Assembly (NCBI RefSeq): GCF_004010195.1
Contig: NC_057756.1
Coordinates: 165,660-223,530, forward strand
Direction: 5' to 3'
From: Chiloscyllium plagiosum
Taxonomy: Eukaryota
Length of the DNA: 57,871 nt
Shown here: positions 38,290 through 50,673 of the stretch, piece by piece
Position numbering within the stretch: the stretch's first letter is position 1
Layout: each line of letters starts with the position of its first letter
Program-made: the position numbers and the translations under genes
The notes under the pieces: model-generated
Seen by the model: the letters and a program-made list of their open reading frames with translations, nothing else
Database searches by the model: none
Told to the model about the DNA's origin: nothing

Positions 38290-38625
38290 TGGACCAGTGG
38301 TATTATGGCTGGAAAGTTAATCCAGAGATGCAGGTAATGTGCTTGGGACCCAAGTTCAAATCCTGCCATGGAAAATAGTGGAACTTGATTTCATTTGAAA
38401 GATAATCTGGAATTATGAGTCTAATGGTGATCGTGACTTTCCACAGTCAGGGGGAAAGGCCCATCATGTTCACTGATGCCATTGAGGGAATGGCACTGCC
38501 ATCCTTACATAGTGTGGCCTCCATGCCGTGTGGTTGAGTCTTAACTACCCTCTGGGCAATGATGGTGGACAATAAATACTGGCCAAGTTAGTGATGCCCT
38601 CATCTCATGAATTGACAAAAAAATT
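38290..38625 (+). mobile_element. Second tRNA-derived SINE family with L2-like tail
   Basis: B-box-like aagttcaaatcc; 3' caataaatactggcc..tgatgccctcatctcatgaa plus A tail; related head at about 38920-39095. Confidence 0.55.
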
Positions 38626-39094
38626 CCTCACAAGTCATTCCTTAAAATCTCTTTCAATCTGTCATCCCTTTATATGAAAACAATGACCTCTCATCCACAC
38701 ATCGGATCTACTTAGGAAATGTTAGACAGAAATCTCCCAGACTAACTCCTGTGGAATATAGCAGATGAGAATCAAGGACACTTCAATCAAACCAAGAAAT
38801 GTCATTTGAATTCAAATTATAACAACTCCTTGACAAGCTTGGAGTACCATTCTTTTCCCCCAGTGGTTTCATAGTGCCATTTCCGAAATGGGCATTAGGA
38901 ATAGCAATGACCGAGTGGGAGTGTCACTTGGTTACTAATGCAGAAATCAAGGTAATCCTCTGGAGTTCTGGCTTTCAATCCTGTCACGGCAGATGATGGA
39001 ATTTGAACACATTTCAGAAACAATAAATTTGTAATTGATAATTATTATGAAACCATTGTTGGGAGAAACCATCTGGGTTCACCAATGTCCTTTC

Positions 39095-39620
39095 ATGAGT
39101 TTAAGAGCTGCGAAGTTATGCTGCAGCTCTATAAAACCCTGGCCAGACCACACTTGGAATATTGTGTCCAGTTCTGGTCGCCTCATTATTAGAAAAGATG
39201 TATATGCTTCAGAGAGGGTGCAGAGGAGATCTACCAGGATGCTGCCTGGATTGGAGGGCTTGTCTTATTCAGAGAAGTTGAGTGAGCAAGGGCTTTTCAC
39301 ACTGGACAGAAGAACGAAGAGAGGTGATTTAGATACAGAACTGGCTCAAAGGTAGCAGACAGAGGGTGGTGGTGTAGGGTTGTTTTTCAGACTGGAGGCC
39401 TGTGACTAGTGGAGTGCCACAAGGATTGGTGCTGGGTCCTCTACTTTTTGTCTTATACTTGCATCCAAATCATTTATGTAAAAGAGGTACAGTTAGTTTG
39501 CAGTAGACACCAAAATTGGAGGTGTACTGGACAGCGAAGAGGGTTACCTCAGATTACAACAGGATATTGACCAGATGGGCCTATGGGCTGTGAAGTGGCG
39601 TATGTAGTTTAATTTAGTCA
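39095..39620 (+). mobile_element. CR1 fragments
   Basis: ERVQRRSTRMLPGLEGLSY; gtgactagtggagtgccacaagga. Confidence 0.85.
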
Positions 39621-39729
39621 GAGAGATAGATAAAGGTCCCTTTATATTTCCTTATGCATAACTGTTTCATTGGCTCTCTTTTGTTAGCTGACAGATATGA
39701 ATTCAGATAGTCTAAGAGATTATTGTCCT

Positions 39730-40043
39730 TGTTGATTGGGGTCAGCACTGGCACAGGCAGCAGTGTCATATTCTGTGTCATATGATCCTGCTCCACAGCT
39801 ACCTGATGAAGGAGCAGTGCTCCAAAAGCTAGTACTTCCAAATAAACCTGTTGGACTATAACCCTGGTTTTGTGTGATTTTTAACTTTATCTACCCCAAT
39901 CCAACACCGGCACCTATACATCAAATGCAGCGGTAACATTCCCTAAGGATACAGTCTGGGAATGTCCATTGTTATCAGCTTGCACAATTTCCAAATATTG
40001 GCCCAGCTTGCATCTTCCAAACCCATGCCTTCTCCCAAAAGAT
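39730..40043 (-). pseudogene. Degenerate LU N-half exon split by a PLE insertion
   Basis: tacaaag| DLLGEGMGL, frameshift, RCKLGQYLEIVQADNNGHSQTVSLGNVTAAF; removing 39768-39922 continues the frame as DTAACASAD. Confidence 0.45.
39768..39922 (+). mobile_element. PLE terminal fragment with hammerhead motif
   Basis: tac-CTGATGA-a-ggag(cagtg)ctcc-AAAA-gct-a-gta; G12 mutated. Confidence 0.75.
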
Positions 40044-40099
40044 CTTTGTAAGCAACAGGACAAGTAAATAGGTTAGTTTGACTCTATTCGGTGAGGTAT

Positions 40100-41440
40100 T
40101 AACTGCAAGAACAGGCTAGTTGTGATGGAGATGAATATAACATTAGTTCAGCCACAGCTGCAGTACTGTGTGTAGTTCTGGTCACTATACACAAAAGGAG
40201 TGATTGCAGTAGAGAGAGTACAGAGGAGATTCACCAGGATGTTGCCTGGGATAAAGCGGTGCAGCCCTGAGGAGAGATTGGATAGACTGGAGGTATTTTC
40301 CTTAAAGCAGTGTGGAGAATCTGATCGAGGTGCACTAACTTCTGAGGGGCATAGATAAAGCATCAGGCAGAAACCTTTCCCTTTAGTAGAAGAATGAATA
40401 ACTAGGTGGCACAGTTTTAAGAAAAGGAACAAGAGGATTTGAAGAATTTATTTTTTTCAACCCAGTGGACGATGGGAATCTGGAATGCACAGCCTCAAAG
40501 TGGGGTACTGGCCAAACAACATTGAAGAGTGTGCACTTGAACCACCATAGCACACAAGGCTACAGACTAAGAATTGGAAAGTATAATTAGAATAGACCAA
40601 TGTTCGATGACCAGTGCAGTTGTGATGGGCTGAAGGACCAGCTATTTGCTTTACCTGCATTGTATCCTTTTGTGATTCAAGCAGGAGGGTCCTTCTGCAC
40701 TTCAGGGTTCTGCAATCTCTCACCATTTGGATAACATGCTTCTTTCTATCTGATGGACAGTTGCACATTTGCAACACCTTTGTGCACTCCCATGGCTTAT
40801 CTGTATCCCTTTTGGAAGGCTCGTTATGCCCTAATCACAACTTTCTTTCCCAATCATTCTTTGTCTGGTCCGTAATTTTCTTAACCATACCTTCTATTCC
40901 TGCATCTGGCCTTTTTTGATTTGATTAGATTTGTTGTCACATTTACCAAGATGCAGTGAAAAGTGTTGTTTCACGTGCCCTACAGGCAGATCATACCACA
41001 TAAAGTGCTTCAGGGTAGCAGAAAAAAGTGGAGAATACAGTTTACAGCCATAGAGAAGGTGCAGAGAGAAGGCAACATTAACATTTGAGAGGCCCTTTCA
41101 AAAGTCTGATAACAACAGGGAAGAAGTTGTTCCTGAATCTGTTCATAAGTGTATTCTAACTTTTATATTGTCTGCCTGATAGAAGAGGGTGGAAAAGAGT
41201 ATAACTGAGTGGGAAGGGTTTTTGATTATGTTGGCTGCTTTCCCAAGGCAGTTGGGAATTATAAAGTCAATGAAAATAGGGCTGGTTTGCATGGTGGACT
41301 GGGCTGTGTAGGATCTTATCGTCTTGGGAAGACCAGTTGCCGTATCAAGCTGTGAAGCATCCGGATAGGGTGCTTTCTGTGGTGCATCTACAAAAGCTTG
41401 TAAAAATCTTTGTGGACATTGCAAATTCCACTTCTTTCTG
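40100..41440. mobile_element. CR1 (+/-) and Rex-like (-) LINE fragments
   Basis: gagagagtacagaggagattcaccaggatgttgcc; CLGKAANIIKNPSH. Confidence 0.75.
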
Positions 41441-41533
41441 GACCTTTTCAATCCAGAAGTGATAGCACATGCATTTAAATGCTGTTTCAAACCCCACCAC
41501 CAGCAAATTGCCCGTGTCTCCAACCTAATAAAT

Positions 41534-41659
41534 TATAAACATTACCCAACATTGCTTAGGTGTTCACTGCACTCCGCGGTAAGCATTGCCCACATTTTGA
41601 GGGACTGCTTATCATTCAGAGTTGGCAAGTATGGTGCTGTAATCTCCCGGCATATGCAG
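41534..41659 (-). pseudogene. Degenerate LU C-half exon (candidate)
   Basis: gaacag|GA...GG|gtaatg; ends TAECSEHLSN, resembling CxxxLCN with TGC changed to AGC. Confidence 0.35.
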
Positions 41660-42159
41660 TCCTCACTTTCTCCTGTTCATCATTCATTTTGAGTATTGTC
41701 TAAATTTTTGACATGTTAGGACATATTTCCACTTAAGGAATTGAGCATAATTACACTAATTCAGCTCCATCAGTGCCACACAAATTGCAATCATTAATTT
41801 CATTAATAAACTCTTACCTTCAACAACAAAGGCGTAGATGATCAGAACACTTTGAAACAGCTGCATTTTGAACTTTGACTTTATCACAGAGTTTGAGCCC
41901 CTTTTTCTGTGTTAATACACTGTCTTTGTGGTGGCAGTTTCACAAGGGGTGTTTTTAATCTTCGTGAACTGTCTTGCTGGTGTTACAGCAATTTATAGAA
42001 AACCTGCTTCTAATTTCAACACCAGCAGAGGAGTAAACATGTAAATGGGCGGGTTTTTTACTGTTAGCAAATGATTTCAATTGGTTGAATAAGTATGAAA
42101 AACAACGTTTCAGTTTGCGCACAAGGTCTCTGAAGGTTTGGAAATCCTGAGATATTACA

Positions 42160-42259
42160 CAATTAGATAGTTGGTGCTTCCAACATCAAGAGAACTGTCA
42201 TGGCTGGGTAAAAACTGGAGGAGGTCTAACATTTGTGACAATGGACAACGTCAGCTGTC
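42160..42259 (-). pseudogene. Degenerate LU N-half exon (candidate)
   Basis: Very strong polypyrimidine acceptor ttttgttttcctcttgtctctgctttatcag; ADVVHCHKC followed by TAG. Confidence 0.4.
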
Positions 42260-42539
42260 CTGATAAAGCAGAGACAAGAGGAAAACAAAATCGGCACATG
42301 TGAAGTAAAGGGAAAAAAAGATTACCGCATAATACCCTAAGAGGTAGAAGCAGGAGTAGGCCATTCAGCCCATCGAGTCTGCTATACCGCGTGCATGCCC
42401 CGCCACCACCTCCGCCCGCAAGCCATCCCCGATCCCCATACACACACCACCCCGCCCCCATCTGACCCCCCCAACCCCGTACAGCCCTGGACACCAACAG
42501 CAAGACTGCTGGTGACTTTGGGGGGGTGAATCTCAAAAT

Positions 42540-42700
42540 ACACACACACAGAGCCATATTGCAACCTTTTGATAAGTTCTGACCCCCACCCCACCCCCAG
42601 ACACACACACACACACACACAACACTTTACTGCAACCTTTTGACAAGTTCTCCTCCCCTACACACGTTTAACTGCAACATTTCTGACAAGTTCCACCTTT
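42540..42700. repeat. Three imperfect tandem units with (CA)n
   Basis: tgcaaccttttgacaagttc-like unit three times. Confidence 0.6.
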
Positions 42701-43174
42701 GCCCTCTACAGGACAATGTTGGAGAGATTATCTGGGAAAGGGAGGTTTAGGGTACACCCATGTGTAAAAACCTGGGGAAAGTGTGGGTAGAGAAAGAGAG
42801 GGCGAGCGGACAGTCATTTGGAGATGGTGCCTGGGCTCACATCGATGTCCAGGACTGGTTTCGGCAGCATTCCAGTAAGCTGAATTCATTTTAATCATTG
42901 TAAACAAAAGACGCTATCAGTATTGGAAACACCTCCTTGATGTAATGTTTTTATTGGGACCTTGAGATCTTCTCCAGATAATCTGAAATTCAGATAATTG
43001 ATATTCAATTAATCCATTACACCCTCTGGAACCTCGACATTCCCAAATGGAAAAAGAACCTTTCCTCATCTACCCTGTCAAGTCCCCTGGAATCTAGTAT
43101 GTTTCAAGACGGTCTCCTCTCAGTCTTCTAACCTCAAATGAGTGCAGGCCCAAACTCCAGGCCTCCTTATGATA

Positions 43175-43297
43175 CAAAAATTGGTTGGGGAGTAAATATT
43201 GAGGAGGATAGCCTGAGACTACAGAAGGATATAGATGGACTGATCAGTGGCTAGTGGAATTCAATCCAGATAAATGTGAGGTGATGCACTTCAGTAG
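43175..43297 (+). mobile_element. CR1 fragment, left part (provirus target)
   Basis: ...aaatgtgaggtgatgcacttcagtag continues at 53279 after the provirus. Confidence 0.8.
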
Positions 43298-43914
43298 TGT
43301 AAAGTATAGGGTTAAAATTGTGCAGAATAAGGGAACAGGTGTTGCTTCTGCAAAAGTTTGCATGATAAAATTGGGCTACGCGTGCAAATACTAAACAGTG
43401 AGAAGCGAAAACAGGTAGAATTATCTATAACCAATAGGGCAGAGCAACCGTGGAGCAGGGTGTACAAGTCACAGGAGATTAGTGTACCAGTCACAGGAGG
43501 GATGTGGCCAACGGACAGAATTTAGTTTGGCAGGATGATCGCACAAAGACAGCAAACTATGCCAGGATAGTTACATATAAGGAATAAGATAAATAAGAGT
43601 AAAGGGCAACAGGCTTAGAGTAGTGGGAGAAGTAAACAGAGGCGGAGTGAAGCTAAACAGAGGCAGAGTGAAGCTAGACAAAGATGGAGTGAAGCTAGAC
43701 CTTGTGATAGGCTACGCACTACAGCAAGAGTAACCAATGGGGTAAAAGTGGAGGACCGAGAGATGCAGCTGAACTGCATAAATCAAAATGTAACTCTCAG
43801 ATCGGGGTGTCAACTTGTTAGACACCCATCTTGCAAGAATGTTTCAATAAAATTCCCTGCTTCAGAATTTGACTTGGACTGAAATTTATTGATACGTGAG
43901 CTTTGTTTCACTCA
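43298..43914 (+). repeat. 5' LTR (617 bp)
   Basis: TG...CA; CCAAT near 43735, CATAAA near 43777, AATAAA at 43846; three copies of a 21-bp gagtgaagcta unit. Confidence 0.97.
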
Positions 43915-43916
43915 AG

Positions 43917-43934
43917 TGGGGGCTCGTCCGGGAT
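43917..43934 (+). promoter_or_regulatory. Primer-binding site, tRNA-Pro
   Basis: TGGGGGCTCGTCCGGGAT, identical to the MLV tRNA-Pro PBS, 2 nt after the LTR. Confidence 0.97.
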
Positions 43935-44239
43935 ACTGTCATCACCGGTGGAGTAGGCACCGTCGATGGCTGGGTAGACCCGTCCCGTTTGCTTTTAGAA
44001 TAGTCCAGTGTTTCACGACGGTGGGTGCCCCTCCTGGTTGACTGACCAGAATCCTAAGAGAGTCATTCTGAACCAGTAAAGACGTTCATGGGGTTTGAGT
44101 CCCCATCGTATATGGTAGGCACAGCTGCAGTCAGGCAACTCAGTGCACAGACCAAGATAAGAAAAGAGATTTTTAAGTACTGCCTTAGTGACTGGGGATG
44201 ACATACTACAGTCGAAGGAATTGACTATAATTGATCACC

Positions 44240-45752
44240 ATGGGCTCTAAAAGTAGTAAAGACAAGGTGCCAGGTAATGGTAATGATAAGGGAAGGAGCC
44301 CTGATAACATCCCTCCAGAAAGTCTGTTGGGACGGATGTTGAAAAACTGGAAAGATAGTACTTATACTTGAACTAAGGACAAAAGGATTACGATAAAGTA
44401 TTGCTGTTTTCCATGGACTAAGGAAAGTATAAGACTCCCCTCAGTTTTTTGGCCAAGATATGGGTGGGATGAAGATTGGGTCTGCTAACTCCTCAATATC
44501 TATGTCATTGAGAAACAATCCTTTAGTCAGGAAGAGTCAGACTACGCCTCTTGCAAGGTCCTAGAGGTGGGCCCCCCTCGGCCCCCGCTTGGGACGTTCT
44601 TGACCATTTACCCCTGCCTTATGACACCCCCCAGAATCAACCCCCACAGGACGACCCACAAAATGAGGATCAGGGAGAAGGAGGACTACTTGGTGCTGGG
44701 GAGCGGGGAGAAGACACGGGGGAGAGGGAAGGGGGAAAGAAAGGGACACAGGGCCCAGTGACACGGGAACAGTCTAAGAAAATGTCTGTACAAGTCTGCC
44801 CCCTTAGTGAGGTTCCGATAGAAGCGGAGGATATTGGGTTTGTAAACGCACCGCTGATGAGTGGCGAAGTGCAGGCATTCCAGAAAGAGGTGAAATCTCT
44901 CTTATAGAGGATCCGATGGGACTATTGGAACAGGTAGACCAATTGTTAGGACCCAGTCTGTATACCTGGACTGAGTTAATGTCCATCCTGAACATTCTCT
45001 TTACTGGTGAGGAAAGAGGATTAATCAGGCGGGCTGCCTTAAGGTCTTGGCAACGCAAGAATCCCCCCAAGTGGTGAGGCACCAGCAGCGGAGCAAAAAT
45101 TCCCTAACGTTGATCCACAATGGAACAATAATGCAGAAGATCGCAACCGAATGAAAGATCTTAAAATCTTATTTATTAAGGACATTAGAGGGGCAGTCCC
45201 GAAATCACAAAACCTATCGAAAGCATTTGAGGTCTGCCAAGAGAAAGATGAGACCCCTCGGCCTTTTTACAGAGATTTCGAGATTCAATGAGAAAATACT
45301 CAGGGATGAATCCTGAGGACCCAGTACAGCAGGGCCTCCTAAAGGTACACTTTGTGACTAAGGCATGGCCAGACATCCAGAAAAAAATTCAGAAAATAAA
45401 TGGGTGGAGTGAGAAATCACTTGATGAATTATTAAGAGAGGCACAGAAAGTGTTTGTAAAGAGAGGATGAGAAGCAGAAACAGAAGGCAAAAATGATGGT
45501 AGCCACGGTTGACAAAGTAGTCAAGAAAAGAATCGAACCAGTGACTAGCAACCGGAGTGGAGAGTGGCCCCACATAGAATGTAGAGGAAGGGGTAGAGGA
45601 TGAGGAGGACCTGTTGTAGAGTCCAGTCGACAGGGACAAGGACAAGCAGGGTGTTACCATTGTGGAGGAAGAGGACACTTTAAGCGGAAGTGTCCTGAAA
45701 TACAAAGGGAAGAAAAAAAAACCTCCCGCTTATGAACTTTGATGTAGACTAG
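44240..45752 (+). pseudogene. gag: Retroviral Gag, disrupted
   Basis: Myristoylation-type start MGSKSS; KYCCF.W..FWPRYGWDEDWVC; MHR QEKDE.PSAFLQR; single knuckle CYHCGGRGHFKRKC (45652-45693); several stops and frameshifts. Confidence 0.92.
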
Positions 45753-45795
45753 GAGTGTCAGGGGTTCCTGCCCCCGGAGACCCACCGGGAACCCT
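45750..45795 (+). promoter_or_regulatory. gag-pol stop-codon readthrough signal
   Basis: TAG, 8-nt spacer GAGTGTCA, then stem GGGGTTCCTG/CGGGAACCCT; the protease frame continues after the TAG, as in MLV. Confidence 0.75.
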
Positions 45796-48700
45796 TGGTA
45801 AACGTAAAGGTTGGCCCTTATAGGGAAGATGTAGATTTCCTAGCAGACATGGGGCATCCTGAAATTTTATACCCAGAGGAGTACCATTTACAGATCAGAA
45901 AATAACGGTGTCCAGAGTAAAGGGAGAAGGATTTACTGTCCCTGTATTTGAACCTATAACAGTTGAAAAAAATGAAAGAAGAGTTGAAAGACAATTCTTA
46001 TATATTACAGACATAGGGAGCAACTTGTTAGGAAGGGATTTAATCACACGTTTAGGACTAGGAATTGGGATGTGCGACCAAAAAATAGTAATAAGAATGG
46101 TCATTTTGACCGAAGAACAGGAGAAACAAATAGACCCCACAGTATGGGCATGTGAAGGCAATCGAGGGGGATTGCATATTCCCCCTTTTGAGATCAGCTT
46201 GAAAAAGGTGGGAGAGACAGTATGCGGAAGACAATACCCCATCTCGACCGAAGGACGAAGGGGGTTACAACCTGTGATTGAGGGGTTAATTAAGGACAGC
46301 CTGTTGGAACCCTGCGTATCCCCCTATAATACGCCTATTTTGCCAGTAAGAAAATCAGACGGTACCTATCGGTTGGTACAAGACTTGAGAGCGCTTAACC
46401 GGATAGTACAGATTTGTCATCCTGCTGTTCCCAATCCTTATGCCCTCTTGAGTAAGATTCCACATGACCACAAGTGGTTCAGTGTGGTGGATTTAAAAGG
46501 TGCTTTTTGGATATGTCCACTGGCAGAAGGAAGTAGAAACATGTTTGCCTTTGAGTGGGAAGATCCAAAAACAGGGCTAAAACAGCAGTATAGATGGACA
46601 GTGGTTCCACAGGGGTTCACGGAATCCCCGAACCTGTTTGGCCAGGTTTTACAACAATTTTTGAAAAAGTTTATAAGTCTCCAAGGCACTACTTTACTGC
46701 AATATGTAGACATTGGGCCACTTCAAACTGATGCAGGAAGCCTAGTGATGGGAGATAAGGAAATAGCAGGAGAACTTAACAAGTACTTTGCGTCAGTATT
46801 CACAGTGGAAGACATGAGTAATATCCCAAAAATTAAAGGGTGTCACGGGGCTGAGTTGAGTATGGTTGCCATTACGAAAGAGATAGTACTAGAAAAGTTA
46901 AAAAGTCTTAAAATTGATAAATCTCCTGGCCCCGATGGGATACACCCTAGAGTTCTGAGAGAGGAGGCTGAGGAAATAGCAGAGGCATTGGTTGAGATCT
47001 TTCAAGAGTCACTGGAATCAGGAAAGGTCCCGGATGATTGGAAGATGGCTGTTGTAACCCCCTTGTTCAAGAAAGGATCAAGGCAAAAGATGAAAAATTA
47101 TAGGCCAATCAGCTTAACCTCAGTTGTTGGTAAAATTCTAGAATCCATCACTAAGGATGAGGTTTCTAAATTCTTGGAAGAGCAGAGTCTGATTAGAACA
47201 AAACAACATGGATTTAGTAAAGGGAGGTCATGCCTGACAAACCTGTTGGAATTTTTTGAAGAGGTAACAAGTAGGTTAGACCAGGGAAACCCAGTGGATG
47301 TGGCCTATCTAGACTTTCAAAAGGCCTNNNNNNNNNNNNNNNNNNNNNNNNNNNNNNNNNNNNNNNNNNNNNNNNNNNNNNNNNNNNNNNNNNNNNNNNN
47401 NNNNNNNNNNNNNNNNNNNNNNNNNNNNNNNNNNNNNNNNNNNNNNNNNNNNNNNNNNNNNNNNNNNNNNNNNNNNNNNNNNNNNNNNNNNNNNNNNNNN
47501 NNNNNNNNNNNNNNNNNNNNNNNNNNNNNNNNNNNNNNNNNNNNNNNNNNNNNNNNNNNNNNNNNNNNNNNNNNNNNNNNNNNNNNNNNNNNNNNNNNNN
47601 NNNNNNNNNNNNNNNNNNNNNNNNNNNNNNNNNNNNNNNNNNNNNNNNNNNNNNNNNNNNNNNNNNNNNNNNNNNNNNNNNNNNNNNNNNNNNNNNNNNN
47701 NNNNNNNNNNNNNNNNNNNNNNNNNNNNNNNNNNNNNNNNNNNNNNNNNNNNNNNNNNNNNNNNNNNNNNNNNNNNNNNNNNNNNNNNNNNNNNNNNNNN
47801 NNNNNNNNTTAGACGAGGAGACTAGGACCTGTGGACACAGCCTTAGAATTAGAGGGGGTCATTTCAGAACAGAAATGCGGAGATATTTCTTCAGCCAGAG
47901 AGTGGTGGGCCTGTGGAATTCATTGCCACGGAGTGCAGTGGAAGCCGGGACGCTAAATGTCTTCAAGGCCGAGATTGATAGATTCTTGTTGTCTAGAGGA
48001 ATTAAGGGCTACGGGGAGAACGCTGGTAAGTGGAGCTGAAATGCGCATCCGCCATGATTGAATGGCGGAGTAGACTCGATGGGCTGAATGGCCTTACTTC
48101 CACTCCTTATGGTCTTATGGTCATGGGACAGGATGAGAGGGGAACAACGGAAGCAACTAATCAATTGCTAAACTTTCTGGGATGACAGGGATTGAGGGTC
48201 TCAAGGAACAAATTACAATATGTAGGAAGAGAAGTGAAATATTTAGGACACTTGGTCAGTGGAAGGAAAAGGAAAATAAGCCCTGAAAGGATTGAAGGAG
48301 TAGTGGGAATGCCCCTTCCTCGGACTAAGCGAGAATTAAGGAAATTCCTGGGGCTTACGGGGTATTGTAGATTATGGATTGACTCGTACGCCCAAAAGAC
48401 AAGGAAATTATACTTGAAACTGTTAGAGGAAGAACCGCAGTTGTTAAAGTGGACAGATGAAGAAAAGGAGTTAGTAGAGAAGTTGAAAAGAAGCTTGATT
48501 CATACCCCTGTCCTTGCATTATCTTCCCTGGATAAACCCTTTCACTTGTTTGCCACCGTGGATAAGGGAGCGGCCCTAGGGCTCCTAACGCAGTGATGGG
48601 GGGAAATGAAACAGCTGGTAACATACCTGTCTAAATTGTTAGATCCAGTCTCCAGAGGGTGGCCAGAGTGTGTGCAGGCAGTAGCAGCGACTGCGCTACT

Positions 48701-50636
48701 AGTGGAAGAAAGTCGAAAACTCACATTTGGAGGGGCCTTGATAGTAAGCACCCCGCATCAAGTACGGACTATATTGAACCAGAAGGCAGGGCAGTGGCTT
48801 ACGGACTCTAGAATTTTAAAATACTAAGCAATTCTAATAGAGAGGGATGACCTTACATTGATCACAGACACTTGTCTGAATCCAGCTACCTTTCGCTGGA
48901 GAGGGGAGGATGAAGCTCCCTCAGACCCAGAACATGACTGTCTCAACATTATAGAATACCAGACTAAATTAAGAATGGACCTTAGAGATATCCCTCTACA
49001 CGCAGGGGCCAGGCTGTTCATTGATGGGTCCTCCAGAGTTATTGAAGGTAAAAGACACAATGGATATGCAGTAGTGGATGGAATAGAGGGGAGTGTTATT
49101 GAGGCTAGTAAACTACCCAAAGTTTGCACAGACTTGCGAACTTTATGCACTAGGAAGGGCCCTTAAGACATTGGAAGGCAAAGAAGGAACTGTATACACA
49201 GATTCTGAGTATGGCTTCGGGGTGGCACACACGTATATGAAGATATGGCAGGAGAGGGGACTGGTAAACAGTAGGGGTAAAGAACTGGCTCATGAGGAAT
49301 TGGTAAAGCAAGTATCGGAATCCCTTTAGTTGCCAAAGGAAATAGCAATAGTCCACATAAATGGACATCAGCAGGGAAATGATCCCGAAGCAAAAGGAAA
49401 TAGATTGGCGGATGAAGTCGCTAAGGAGGCAGCTCTGAACCCTCAGCCCGCTACAATATATATTTTGGTACCGATGGTGCAGGAACCTGGGGGGAGAGCG
49501 ATATTTAGCGCTAAGGAAGAGAAAGAGTTAGAAGAACTAGGAGCTACACAGACATTAGAGGGGCGCTGGATGCTACCTGATGGCTGGGAGATGCTAAATA
49601 AGATGATGATGCGAGGAATTATGGCTGTCTTACACCAGGGAGTCACTGGAGAGTGCAAGCAATGTATGATTTGGTCATAAGGAAATATGGATGCAAAGGG
49701 ATCTATAGGATAGCCAAACAGATATGTGAGGGATGTATAACATGCAAGAAAATATTGAGGAAACAAGTCCCAGGTGGGAGACAACCAGGGTCAAGACCAT
49801 TTCAGAGCATACAGGTAGATTACACCAAATTACCCCGGTGGGAAGACTGAAATTTATGTTGGTGATAGTGGATCATTTATCTGGATGGGTTGAGGCATAC
49901 CCACTGGCCATGGCCACATCGAGTGGAGTATCTAAGATAATACTCGAGCATACAGTTCCCCGGTTTGGGATAGTGGAGTGTATAGACTCAGACCAGGGAA
50001 GCCATTTCACCTCCAGGGTGCTCCAGGGAATAATGAAGGGGTTGGAAAACTCTTGGGATTTTCACACCCCCTGGCATCCCCCATCTTCAGGGAGGGTTGA
50101 GAGAATGAACCAAACCCTAAAAAGACAATTGTCCAAACTGGTCGTGGAGACTAGGTTCCCCTGGTCCCGATATTTGCCCATAGCTCTCCTTCAAGTGTGA
50201 ACGGCCCGAAGGAAAGATTTAGGACTGTCCCCTTATGAAATACTATTTAGATTGCCATACTTGGGAACAGGAGGGGCATTGCCGATCCCCGAAACTAAAG
50301 ACTTATTCTTAAGTAAGTATATACTGGGTTTGTCCGCGTCTTTGTCTTTTAGGAGACAAGGGTTACTGGCACAGACTCCGCCCCTTGAATTCACCGTTCA
50401 TCCCCTCCGGCCGGGGGATTGGACCCTAATTAAGTCATGGACAGAAACTAACTTGCAACCGGATTAGGAGGGACCGTACCAGGCTCTTTTGACTACCAAG
50501 ACGGCGATACGCATGGCGGAGAAAGGCTGGACTCACTACACCAGGATTAAAGGATGGTGGAATCCCAGTTAAGAAAGAAGTCTGGACAGCCAAATCGACG
50601 GAAGAACCACTGAAACTCAGACTCAAAAGACTTTAA
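45753..50636 (+). pseudogene. pol: Retroviral Pro-Pol (PR, RT, RNase H, IN), disrupted
   Basis: FLADMG (DTG mutated), NLLGRDL, YNTPILPVRK, YRLVQDLR, VPQGF, LQYVD; RNase H LFIDGSS; integrase QVD..SDQG-x35-E; GPY. Confidence 0.95.
46712..48122 (+). mobile_element. Young 5'-truncated CR1 LINE inserted in the retroviral RT
   Basis: Stop-free IGPL..LNKYFASVFT..KSPGPDGIHPRVL..NYRPISLTS..QHGF..YLDFQKA, then the gap, then an intact C-terminus ...GKWS* (48039), 3' UTR and (CTTATGGT)2 tail. Confidence 0.95.
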
Positions 50637-50673
50637 GTAACTGATTTTTACACGGACGCAGGATAGTTTCTTT

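Noticed and set aside
45908..47812. 634-aa ORF as an intact gene
   Set aside because: It is an ERV pol/CR1 chimera padded by about 160 codons of N; the upstream gag and protease are broken.
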